Source: an uncultured Candidatus Binatia bacterium (GTDB taxonomy: Bacteria; Desulfobacterota; Binatia; UBA9968; JAJDTQ01). From it: DNA of 64,000 bases. The translations under genes and the position numbers were made by a program. Positions 35,789 to 45,566 of the stretch are shown piece after piece. Numbering within the stretch: the first letter of the stretch is position 1; every line of letters begins with the position of its first letter. The stretch spans positions 3,552,001 through 3,616,000 of the forward strand of contig OZ243916.1 in NCBI GenBank assembly GCA_965213675.1, given 5' to 3'. The notes under the pieces were generated by a model. The model was not told the origin of the DNA. It saw only the letters and a list, made by a program, of their open reading frames with translations, and ran no database searches.

Positions 35789-37858
35789 TTACCCCTTCAC
35801 CGTGATGATCAGGTTCCTGTAATCGTCCACCCGCGCCTGCTGCTCGGGGTGGATCACCGTGGTGGTGTCCATCTGCTCCACCACCGCGGGGCCTGCCAGC
35901 GTGTGCCCCGGTTCCAGGCGGTCGCGGTCGTAGATGGCGCAATCCCGGAAGCCCAGGTCACGGCCGAAGTAGATGCGCCGTTCTCCGGTACGGGCTTGGT
36001 CCACGCTCGCTCCGGTGGCCGTGAACGGCGACAGCCGGGTCTGTGGCACGCGCCCCTCGGACACCAGCCGCACACTCACCAGCTCCACCGGCTCGGACTC
36101 GGCCTTGTGGCCGTGGGCCTGTTCGTGGACCTCGTGGAAGCGCTGCTGCGCCAGCTCCATGTCCTCGGGCTTCAGCGGCGGGTACGGGCAGGGCACGGTC
36201 AACTCGTAGCCCTGCCCGGCGTAGCGCAGGTCCAGGTAGGGCGTCAGCACGATGTCCCCGTCCGAGAACCCCTCTCCGGACAACTCCTCGCGCGCCTGCC
36301 CCATGAGCTGGTCGAACAAGGTGTTGATGTCGTCCGGCTCCAGCTCCTGCATGGGCGCCAGCTTGGAGCGCACGTGGTCGTGCTTCACGTCCGACATGAG
36401 CAGCCCCAGGGCGGAATTGACTCCCGGCGTGAGCGGCACCAGCAGCGTCGGGATGCCCAGGTCCAGCGCCAGCCGGCCGGCGTGCATGGGGCCGGCGCCG
36501 CCGAAGGCCACCAGGGTGAACTCCCGGATGTCGTAGCCGCGCTGCGACGACACCGCCTTGATGGCTTCCTCCATCTTGACGTTGATGATCCGGAGAACGC
36601 CGTCCGCGGCCTCGTGGAGGCTTAGTCCCAACGGCTTGGCTATTTTCTCCTCCACCAGCGATTCTGCCTTGGCCTTGTCGAGGGTGAGGCGCCCGCCGAG
36701 GAAGTGGTCGGGGTCCAGCACCCCCAGGATGACGTTGGCGTCGGTGACGGTGGCATTTTCGCCGCCCCGGTCGTAGCAGATGGGGCCGGGGTCGGCGCCG
36801 GCGCTGTCGGGTCCCACCTGGAGCGCCCCCACCGAGTCGATGCGCGCGATGGTGCCGCCGCCCGCGCTCACCGTGTGGATATCCAGCATGGGCAGGCTGA
36901 TGGGCCGCTGGCTGATGCGTCCCTGGGTGGTGACCACCGGGCGGCCCTGGTGGATCAGCGCCACGTCGCAGCTGGTGCCGCCCATGTCGAAGGTGATGAT
37001 GTTGTCGATGCCGACCTTGCCGCTGGCGCCAAGGGACGAGATGACGCCCCCCGCGGGGCCGGAGAGCACCGTGGCCACGGGGATGCGCGCCGAAGTCTTG
37101 AAGGTGGAGACGCCGCCGTTGGACTGCATGATATAGAGCTGCGGCGTAGCCACGCCCATCTCCCGCAGGCGGTCCTCCAGAAGACCCAGGTAGCGGCTCA
37201 TCACGGGCGCGATGTATGCGTTGATCACCGTGGTGCTCATGCGGTAGAACTCGCGGATCTGCGGCAGCACTTCGCACGAGAGCGACAGGCTCGCCTCCGG
37301 GAATTCCTCGGCCATGATCTTCTTGATGGCCAGTTCGTGGTCCAGATTCAGGAAGGAAAAGAGAAAGCACACGGCCACGGACTCGACGCCCTTGGCCTTG
37401 AGCCGGCGGACCGCTTCCGCCGCCTGCTCCGGGTCCACCGGCGTCAGCGCGTTGCCCTGGAAATCCACCCGTTCGCGGACCTCCTCGGTGGTGTAAGGAG
37501 TGGCCAGCAGGCGGGGTTTCTCGAAGAAGAGGTCGTAGGTGACCGGACCGTAGCCCCGGCTCTGCTCCATGACCTCGTAGATGCCGCGGAAACCCTCGGT
37601 GACCAGCAGCCCGGTGACCGCCCCCTTCTCCTCCAGCAGCGCGTTGGTGCCCACGGTGGTGCCGTGGGAGAAGAAGCTGACGTCCCCGGCCGGGACGCCC
37701 TGGTCGAGCAGCTCCTGGACCCCGTTGAGCACCGCCTGGAACGGCTCCCTGGGGGTCGACGGCACCTTGGTGATGCTGATCTCGCCGCTGTCCTCGTTGA
37801 AAAAAACGAAGTCGGAGAAGGTTCCTCCGGTGTCCACCGCTACTCGATATCGCGCCAT
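35789..37858 (-). CDS. Hydantoinase A / oxoprolinase family ATP-binding subunit
   Basis: VDTGGTFSD, HGTTVGTNALLE, SGPAGG, DMGGTSCD, SAGADPGP, AFGGAGPMH; true start ATG 37858. Confidence 0.92.
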   Translation of the reverse strand: MARYRVAVDTGGTFSDFVFFNEDSGEISITKVPSTPREPFQAVLNGVQELLDQGVPAGDVSFFSHGTTVGTNALLEEKGAVTGLLVTEGFRGIYEVMEQSRGYGPVTYDLFFEKPRLLATPYTTEEVRERVDFQGNALTPVDPEQAAEAVRRLKAKGVESVAVCFLFSFLNLDHELAIKKIMAEEFPEASLSLSCEVLPQIREFYRMSTTVINAYIAPVMSRYLGLLEDRLREMGVATPQLYIMQSNGGVSTFKTSARIPVATVLSGPAGGVISSLGASGKVGIDNIITFDMGGTSCDVALIHQGRPVVTTQGRISQRPISLPMLDIHTVSAGGGTIARIDSVGALQVGPDSAGADPGPICYDRGGENATVTDANVILGVLDPDHFLGGRLTLDKAKAESLVEEKIAKPLGLSLHEAADGVLRIINVKMEEAIKAVSSQRGYDIREFTLVAFGGAGPMHAGRLALDLGIPTLLVPLTPGVNSALGLLMSDVKHDHVRSKLAPMQELEPDDINTLFDQLMGQAREELSGEGFSDGDIVLTPYLDLRYAGQGYELTVPCPYPPLKPEDMELAQQRFHEVHEQAHGHKAESEPVELVSVRLVSEGRVPQTRLSPFTATGASVDQARTGERRIYFGRDLGFRDCAIYDRDRLEPGHTLAGPAVVEQMDTTTVIHPEQQARVDDYRNLIITVKG

Positions 37859-37899
37859 CGGAGTTGCGTTAACACGATCCGTCAGGGGGTTCAAATCGG

Positions 37900-38157
37900 G
37901 CGGTCCTGGCCGCGCTTGGCGTAGGAACCGCCGCACACGCGGCATTTGAACAGGCCCGACAGCAGGTAGCGGGGACGATGGGTGCTGTTGAGGCGGTTGG
38001 CATGAGCCGCGCGCGTGGCCGCGATGGACGTGGCGTATTTCTCGAAGATTTCCCCCTGCCGGGCCTTCGCGGCCTGCCACAGTTCGTCGTCCACGATGCG
38101 AAGCTCGGGAACCTCGGCGACGATCCACTCCTCGGGCGGGTTGAGGCGCGCGACCCG
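37900..38157 (-). pseudogene. Internal fragment of a large serine recombinase (recombinase domain end plus Zn ribbon start)
   Basis: RVARLNPPEEWIVAEVPELRIVDDELWQAAKARQ...RPRYLLSGLFKCRVCGG; truncated at both ends. Confidence 0.8.
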
Positions 38158-38158
38158 C

Positions 38159-38316
38159 TGGTGTCTGGATAATTCGCGTCATAAACTGCGGGTCTTTTTC
38201 GCCGTCGGCTGCGTTGCTCTTCCTCGCGTGGTACCCGCCACTGCTCGTCATCGCGCCTTGCCGACGACAAAAAATCCTCCGCAGATTATGACGCGTATTA
38301 ACCAGACACCACACTA
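38159..38316. mobile_element. MITE copy 2 (left end truncated)
   Basis: Near-identical to 7800-7956; lacks left CTAGTG; ends ...CACACTA. Confidence 0.85.
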
Positions 38317-40884
38317 ACCGTCGGCGGCGGACAGGGCTCGCCGCAACAAGACGCACAGGCGGCGCAGGCTGAGACACCCGCCTGCGTCTCCGACGCCCTG
38401 CTGGCCGACGCCCAGAAGGCTGCGGGCGAGACCTGGCGGACGTCGCCGGGCCATGTCGAGCGCTGGAGCCGGGTGCTGGCCGCCTTCGGGGAGGAGAACA
38501 GCTACAGCAACCACCCGATGACCGTTGCCGAGGCGCAGGCGCAGGCGGACCGCGGCCTGCAGCGCTGGGCGCCGGTGGCGCCGGCGCTCCAATGCCTGGC
38601 GGCGGCACCGCAGGAACAGCCGGAACCGGCTGAGGTCCAGCCGGCCACGCCCGGCACGCCCGGCACCCCCGGACTGAGCCTCTCGGCGGGGTCCGCCGTG
38701 GAAGAGGGCGGTACTGCCACCTTCACCGTCAGGGCCGACCCGGCTCCGGCCTCCGACCTCACGGTCACCTGGACCGTCGCCCAGAGTGGCGAGTATCTGG
38801 CCGCGCCCGGCGCGGGCAGCCGGACGGTGGTGCTGACCGCAGGGGCTACCAGCGCCGACCTTTCGGTGGCGACAGTGGACGATGCGGCGGACGAGGCCGA
38901 CGGCTCGGTGTCCGTCACCCTCGGCACGGGCACGGGCTATACCGTGGCCACGGGCAAGGGCAGCGCCGCGGTGGCGGTGCGCGACAATGACGAGCCGGTG
39001 GTGAGCATCGCCGCCGGCAGCGGAGTGGCGGAAGGCGCCTCGGCGTCGTTCACGGTCTCGGCGAGCCCGGTGCCAGCCGCACCGCTCGACGTGACCCTGA
39101 CCGTCGGCCAGAGCGGCGACTTCGCCGCCTCGGGCGCGACCGGATCGCGGACGGTCACCATCCCGGTCACGGGCAGCGCCACCTTCGAGGTCACCACGGT
39201 GGATGACGGCACGGACGAGCCGGACGGCTCGATCACGGCAACTGTCGATACCGGCACGGGCTACACGGTGGCGGCATCGCCGGACAACGCGGCCACGGTG
39301 GCGGTGTCCGACAACGATGCGGCGTCCTCGGGTCCGACGATCTCGATTGCCGATGCCACGCTCAAGGAGAACGGAATAACGGGGAATTTCAAGGTGACGT
39401 TGAGCGAGCCGGTGGACTGGCCGGTCGTCGTCTACTACGCGACGCGGGATTCAACGCCGGTGTCGGCCGTGGCGGGCCAGGACTACCTGGCGTGGAAGCG
39501 GTCCTGGCGGCTGCGGGCCCGGTTCAGGCCGGGGCAGACGGAAACGCTGATCCACGTCCGCCTCTACAACGACAGCCATGACGAGGGTCCGGAGACCTTC
39601 GAGATGGTGCTGTTCGACGCGTCCGTGAACGGTCCGCCCGGGGTGTCGGTGTCGATTGCGGACGGGGTTGCCGTGGGCACCATCACCAACTCGGACCCGA
39701 TGCCGGCGGCATGGCTGGCGCGTTTCGGTCGCACGACGGCGGAACAGGCGCTGGACGGCATAGCCGGGCGCATCGCGGCGTCGCGCGACGCCGGGGTGCA
39801 GGGCACCATCGCCGGACAGGCGCTGGGCTTCGATCCCCGCTCCTCCGGCTCGCAGGCAGGCCCCGACGGATCGGTTGGCGCAGCGAGCGGGAATGCTGCC
39901 CCTGGCAGCCTGTCCGGCACTGGCCGGCTGGTGCAGACCGATGTCGCCCGCGGCCGTTTCGGCGCTGGCGGTGCGGGATCGGCATTGGGCCATGACACTC
40001 ATGGCTTCGCTTTCGGCAGCAGCGGGGCGCAGTCCTACTCGATGACGGCCCGGGAAGCCTTGCTGGGCAGCAGCTTCACGGCGACCGGGGAGAAGGACGG
40101 CATGGGCGGCAGCGTGGCCTTCTGGGGCCGGGCAGCGCAGTCGAGCTTCGACGGCCGCGAGGGGACGTTCTCGCTCGACGGCGAGGCCACCACGGCCATG
40201 CTGGGAGCCGACTATGGGCGCGGCAACTGGCTGGCCGGACTGGCCCTGATGCGGAGCAGCGGGGATGGCGGCTATGCCGACAGCGGGTCGGGGTCCGGGG
40301 CAGGCAACGGTACGGATTTCATGGGCTGCCCTCAACCTTCGGATGCCGAAGCGCGGAGGGTCGTGTGCAGCGGCGCCGTGCGGGAGGGCGATGGTGAGGT
40401 GGAGGCGTCGCTGACGGCGGCGGTTCCCTATGCCGCGCTCCGGGTCTCGGAGCGGCTGAAGCTCTGGGGCGCGGTGGGCTATGGCGCCGGCGACGTGACG
40501 CTCGAGCCGGAGGTAGGCGGTTCCCTCACCTCCGACATCTCCTGGACCATGGCGGCGGCTGGCCTGCGCGGCGACGTGATCGCGCCCCCGGCGGAAGGGT
40601 CGGGTCCCGCACTGGCGGTGACCTCGGACTCGCTCTGGGCGCGCACCAGCTCGGACAAGACCCACGAGCTGGCGGCGTCCGATTCCGACGTGACGCGCTT
40701 CCGGCTCGGTCTGGAGGGAAGCTGGAAGGCCGCGCTGGCGCGGGGCAGCCATGTGACGCCCAAGCTGGAGCTGGGCATGCGCCAGGACGGCGGCGATGCC
40801 GAGACCGGCTTCGGGGTGGAAGTCGGCGGCGGCCTGGCCTGGGTCAACCCGACCCTGGGCCTCTCCCTGGACCTTTCGGGCCGG
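38317..40884 (+). pseudogene. Truncated autotransporter-like adhesin: helical repeat, three Calx-beta-like domains and a partial C-terminal beta-barrel
   Basis: Open frame begins at the MITE edge with no start or signal peptide; TVDDxxDExDGSxxxTxxTGTGYTV repeats; MPAAWLARFGRT linker; barrel breaks after GLSLDLSGR. Confidence 0.75.
39557..40627 (+). repeat. ~1.07-kb direct repeat, copy A
   Basis: Matches 43751-44821 at offset 4194, about 15 substitutions by eye and no indels. Confidence 0.92.
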
Positions 40885-41045
40885 AAGTCACGACCCAGTG
40901 GTGAGGGGGGAACCGGGGGGATAGCCGATGGGGGGCGGCGGGAGACCGTGCTGGCCCAGATTCCTGATGAACCCGCGGCGGGGCCTTCATGGAACCGCCC
41001 CCGTGGCGCAGCATGCCGGAATGCCCGCAGTACCCGGCAGCCCTT

Positions 41046-41120
41046 TTGGCCCAGGCCACCCGCGCCACCCATCCTGACGCCACACTCGCCGACCTTTACG
41101 ATCCCGACTCCATGCCGCCA
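41046..41120 (+). pseudogene. Scrap of MmeI-like type IIL/IIG restriction-modification enzyme C-terminus
   Basis: LAQATRATHPDATLADLYDPDSMPP resembles the conserved ARxxHPxxTLADLYDPxxMP motif. Confidence 0.6.
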
Positions 41121-41211
41121 GCAGGCCTGATCGACGCCTGCGATTTGTCTACTATGGGAAAGGGAAAACAAGACGATGTTTTTCGTCCCTGCACGTTTCC
41201 GTTGGTTGGGC

Positions 41212-41610
41212 CTACACGAAGACCGAGGGTGAGACCCCAAAACGCTTTGATAAGGCGCGAATCTGCCTGACGTTCAGGTCCCGTTTACCGTTCAGAATCT
41301 CCGAAACGACCCCTTGGGACCCGATCTCCGGCAAGTCCGACTGGGTCAGATTGTGCTCTGCCATGAAGAATCGCAGCACATCCGCTCCTCCGCATTCCGG
41401 CATCGCGTGGTGTTGTTCCTCCCAGGCGTGCAGCACGGTGCCGAGCGTATCCAGCAGAGAATAGAGCGGATGCCGCTCATCGGTGCCTACCTCATCAAGG
41501 AGAGTATTGAGGTGCTCCACGGCCACATCATAATCCTGTTCGTTGCGAATCTTGAACAAGTCGCTCACGTGGGGCCAGGATCGCTGAATCTGTGGGCTTA
41601 TGGCATTCAT
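41212..41610 (-). CDS. higA: HigA-family antitoxin (HTH)
   Basis: IRNEQDYD, LTQSDLPEIGSQGVVSEILNGKRDLNVRQIRAL; ATGA overlap with toxin stop. Confidence 0.9.
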   Translation of the reverse strand: MNAISPQIQRSWPHVSDLFKIRNEQDYDVAVEHLNTLLDEVGTDERHPLYSLLDTLGTVLHAWEEQHHAMPECGGADVLRFFMAEHNLTQSDLPEIGSQGVVSEILNGKRDLNVRQIRALSKRFGVSPSVFV

Positions 41611-41894
41611 GTCATCCATCCTCCGCGGTCATAAGCTTGGTGCGTCAGTACGTGGCGAATGTACACCTTTCCCCGATTGAAGTGCAGGGATGCAATCAGA
41701 CGGTACTTGTTCCCGGCAATATTGAACACGACATACTCTCCAACCTTATCAGCCGAAGGAAACGTACGGCGTAGTGCCGTAAAGTTGCGAAATCGCGTTT
41801 GCCGCATAATTTTGAACCAGCGGCCCAGAGGCTCCTCACTGTCGCGATGCTGTACCCAAAACGCCTGAAGAGCTTTGCGCGAAATGATGTGCAC
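41607..41894 (-). CDS. higB: HigB-family mRNA interferase toxin
   Basis: (M)HIISRKAL...FPSADKVG..VVFNIAGNKYRLI...VYIRHVLTHQAYDRG; GTG start. Confidence 0.9.
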   Translation of the reverse strand: MHIISRKALQAFWVQHRDSEEPLGRWFKIMRQTRFRNFTALRRTFPSADKVGEYVVFNIAGNKYRLIASLHFNRGKVYIRHVLTHQAYDRGGWMT

Positions 41895-41900
41895 GAGATC

Positions 41901-41929
41901 AGCATATCTCAAGCCGAGATATACCGCAA
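41901..41929 (-). promoter_or_regulatory. higBA promoter with palindromic operator
   Basis: Minus-strand TTGCGG-17-TATGCT; ATATCTC-N5-GAGATAT (41904-41922) over spacer and -10; GTG begins 7 nt after the -10. Confidence 0.7.
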
Positions 41930-42247
41930 GAGGCTTGTCCCTCAGCATCTCTCTGCTGACGTCAAGGGATTGATCCATGTAACTCGACAAGAGGGAAGGA
42001 GGGCAGGAAGTTCTTTCGCGAGTTCCTTTGCTTCGCTCAGAACAAGGGTTTCGTTCGCTCCAATGTCGGAACGCTTGGAAAGCGTGTAGCCTGGAAATCC
42101 GGGCTATCACACACAGCGCGGGTTAGGATAAAGCAAGCAAAATCGGTGCCTTCATCTTGGTCCCGGGATCGCCACCCCCGTATTCAGGACCGATGATTAC
42201 AAAACCCCCTTCACGGTCTTTACTGTTCCTATAAACGTCTTTAAATT

Positions 42248-44984
42248 ATGGCCGCTATTGAGAGCCGCCTAAGCAAGACCCTCTCTACTATAATTCCCAA
42301 CTCCCGGGGACCGGTACATCGGCGACTCACCCTCCCGGGGCTGACCTTCGCCGTGATGGTGCTGGCGCTGGCCGGCACAGTCCCTGACGCTCACGCCCAA
42401 CAGAACGAGGTCTACTTCGCCACCGACACGATCCATGTGATCCCGGGCGAGAAATTGCAATTCACGCCAACCCTGCGCTACGCCGAATCCACCGATGTGT
42501 ATGTGCACATGAGGACGGTGGATCCGACCGAGAGTCTCAAAGGCTACGAGCCCGCCCGTTTCGGATACGGACACAACACCGGCAGAGACTACATTCCCAT
42601 TCTTGATAGACGGGCAGTCTGGATTGCTCCCGGAAATGACCAATTCGAAATACTGAATCCAACCACTATCTTGACCGGCGCCACCCCGCCGGCGATGGGG
42701 AGCCCCGGCAAATACTTCCATGTGGAGATCACGAAAGTCACCACTGACGGCCAGCCAGACAGCACCAAATTTCACCCCGAAGTGACCATCGGCACACCCC
42801 GACGTATCACGGTGTTCATCGACCACACCCGGCAGACCCGGCCCATGCCGCAGATTCTGCTCAGCAAGAATAACTGGCGTGTTGCCGAGCCGGCGCACGC
42901 CAGCTGCTCGGACAGCCATGTCGGTGATGAGAAGACATTCACTGACATCACGCTCGGCGACGGAACGCCGGGCACCAGAGTAGAGAAGGATTACGGCCCC
43001 GTGCTCACAACAGAGACCTACAAAGTCCAGCTCGACCGCACGCCCGGCCCGGGCAAGGTCGTGAGCGTGGAGATCTGGGAGCCGACCGATCTGGACCGGC
43101 CTGACGTGGGTAGATTCCATGAGAACGCGCGGATCCACGGCATCGGCTGGCCGCCGATCCGGCAAGGCAGGATCAGCATCGACAACAGTCCTGTCCTGAA
43201 CCAGGGTCAGCCCGTTGGAGAAAGGCGCCATCTCAACACCTACCTGACCTTCACCGACAAGAACTGGAACCAGACAAAGACGGTGACGGTGAACATCCAC
43301 TGCGCGCAGCATGACGTCAACAACCCGCTGCCGATCTGGCACTTCGCCTTCCGGCACGACACGCCCACATGGGGCCGCTCTTCGCACATGTACAACCGCA
43401 AGGGCGACAACAGCCGGGCCAATACCAGCTTCAAGATCGCCCAGGTCCGGGTGGCCGACAGTTCCGAGCCGCCCAAGATCGCCGGCAACCCCATGGGCAA
43501 TCTCGTCCTCGATCCCGACGCATCGGGCCATTTCGTCCTGTCCGATGATGGCGAAGACGGCTATGCGCACATCATCGGCCTGGATTTCCGCTGGAACAAC
43601 CCGGACAACTCGCACCACAACGACTATGACGCCGCCAACGGGAAGTTCGCCGGCTTCCGCGTCCGCCTGCGGACGGTGGACCCGCCCGGCCACGCGGTGC
43701 AGGAAGAATTCGTGCGCGCCGACTTCATCATTCCCCGTGACGACCCGACCTCCGCCTCTACAACGACAGCCATGACGAGGGTCCGGAGACCTTCGAGATG
43801 GTGCTGTTCGACGCGGACGTGAACGGTCCGCCCGGGGTGTCGGTGACGATTGCGGACGGAGTTGCCGTGGGCACCATCACCAACTCGGACCCGATGCCGG
43901 CGGCATGGCTGGCGCGTTTCGGTCGCACGACGGCGGAACAGGCGCTGGACGGCATAGCCGGGCGCATCGCGGCGTCGCGCGACGCCGGGGTGCAGGGCAC
44001 CATCGCCGGACAGGCGCTGGGCTTCGATCCCCGCTCCTCCGGCTCGCAGGCAGGCCCCGACGGATCGGTTGGCGCAGCGAGCGGGAATGCTGCCCCTGGC
44101 AGCCTGTCCGGCACTGGCCGGCTGGTGCAGACCGATGTCGCCCGCGGCCGTTTCGGCGCCGGCGGTGCGGGATCGGCATTGGGCCATGACACTCATGGCT
44201 TCGCTTTCGGCAGCAGCGGGGCGCAGTCCTACTCGATGACGGCCCGGGAAGCCTTGCTGGGCAGCAGCTTCACGGCGACCGGGGAGAAGGACGGCATGGG
44301 CGGCAGCGTGGCCTTCTGGGGCCGGGCAGCGCAGTCGAGCTTCGACGGCCGCGAGGGGACGTTCTCGCTCGACGGCGAGGCCACCACGGCCATGCTGGGA
44401 GCCGACTATGGGCGTGGCAACTGGCTGGCCGGAGTGGCCCTGATGCGGAGCAGCGGGGATGGCGGCTATGCCGACAGGGAATCGGGGTCCGGGGCAGGCA
44501 ACGGTACGGATGCCGTGGGCTGCCCTCAACCTTCGGATGCCGAAGCGCGGAGGGTCGTGTGCAGCGGCGCCGTGCGGGAGGGCGATGGTGAGGTGGAGGC
44601 GTCGCTGACGGCGGCGGTTCCCTATGCCGCGCTCCGGGTCTCGGAGCGGCTGAAGCTCTGGGGCGCGGTGGGCTATGGCGCCGGCGACGTGACGCTCGAG
44701 CCGGAGGTAGGCGGTTCCCTCACCTCCGACATCTCCTGGACCATGGCGGCGGCTGGCCTGCGCGGCGACGTGATCGCGCCCCCGGCGGAAGGATCGGGTC
44801 CCGCCCTGGCGGTGACCTCGGTCTCGCCACCGGCGCGCGCGACTACAGCGTGGGGTGGCGTCTCACGCCGGCGACCCGCGCCAACGCGCCCGATGTCTCC
44901 TTCGGGCTGAAGGGGACGCGCCGGGAGAGCAACTGGACGGAGCCGGAGCACACCATGGGGCTCGAAGCGACCGCGCGGTGGTAG
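42248..44984 (+). pseudogene. Second autotransporter-like surface protein, broken by two out-of-frame junctions
   Basis: Signal peptide ...AHA-QQ; Ig/Calx/FN3-like passenger to ~43750; shared block 43751-44821 in another frame; final strands GARDYSVGWRL...EATARW* (44820-44984) in a frame different from the shared block. Confidence 0.72.
43751..44821 (+). repeat. ~1.07-kb direct repeat, copy B
   Basis: See 39557-40627. Confidence 0.92.
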
Positions 44985-45566
44985 GCGTCGCGGTCGCCGA
45001 TGGCACGGGGGGTCAGCGGATGGGACGGCCTGCGGGCCTCGGGCTTCATCCGCAGGGGCAAGGCACATCGCGCGGCATGGAAGAAGCGTCCGCCGCAGCC
45101 CGGCCCTTGGTGCAACTCGCGGCCGAAGGCGGGGCCACGCTCTCGGACCTCCGCCTCGCCGACGGCACGCTGATGCTGAGGACCGAGCAGCCGGGCCGCT
45201 CGGTCCAGGCCCGCCTTCCGGCCGGCGCGCAAGGACGATGTTCAGGCAATATCGCGACATGGCCACCGGCGCATGAACGGCAATCGTCCCTTCCATCCTG
45301 AAGCCGAAACACCGCCACAGACCGACGGAAACGCGCTATAATACTCATCCTTGCGCAGGGCTCAGATATCGACGACAAGCGAGTGTCGGGCTCGGCTGTA
45401 GCGAGCCGGAGAGGGCCCCGGGGCTGCCGTTTCGGGGCGGGTTTAGGCGCCGTCGGGCCGCTTGACACTGCACTCGGTTTCCCGATAGAGCAGGGCCATA
45501 ATCGTTTCGCGGCCACGCCGGCCCCCGCCTGTAGCGGGCCACCGGCTGGGCCTGAGAGGAGCATTC

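Noticed and set aside
35789-38608. 939-aa extended hydantoinase A fusion in the ORF track
   Set aside because: The N-terminal 250 aa is read-through across the MITE and the recombinase relic; family homology starts at ATG 37858.
43740-43800. Programmed frameshift joining passenger 2 to the barrel
   Set aside because: No slippery heptamer or homopolymer at the junction, and a second out-of-frame break exists at 44821.
39557-44821. Diversity-generating retroelement TR/VR pair
   Set aside because: The repeat is about 1 kb, substitutions are not adenine-specific, and there is no reverse transcriptase in the window.
44985-45301. ORF 44855-45301 or a further gene fragment at the island's right edge
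   Set aside because: No recognisable family or RBS; it may be debris but cannot be supported.
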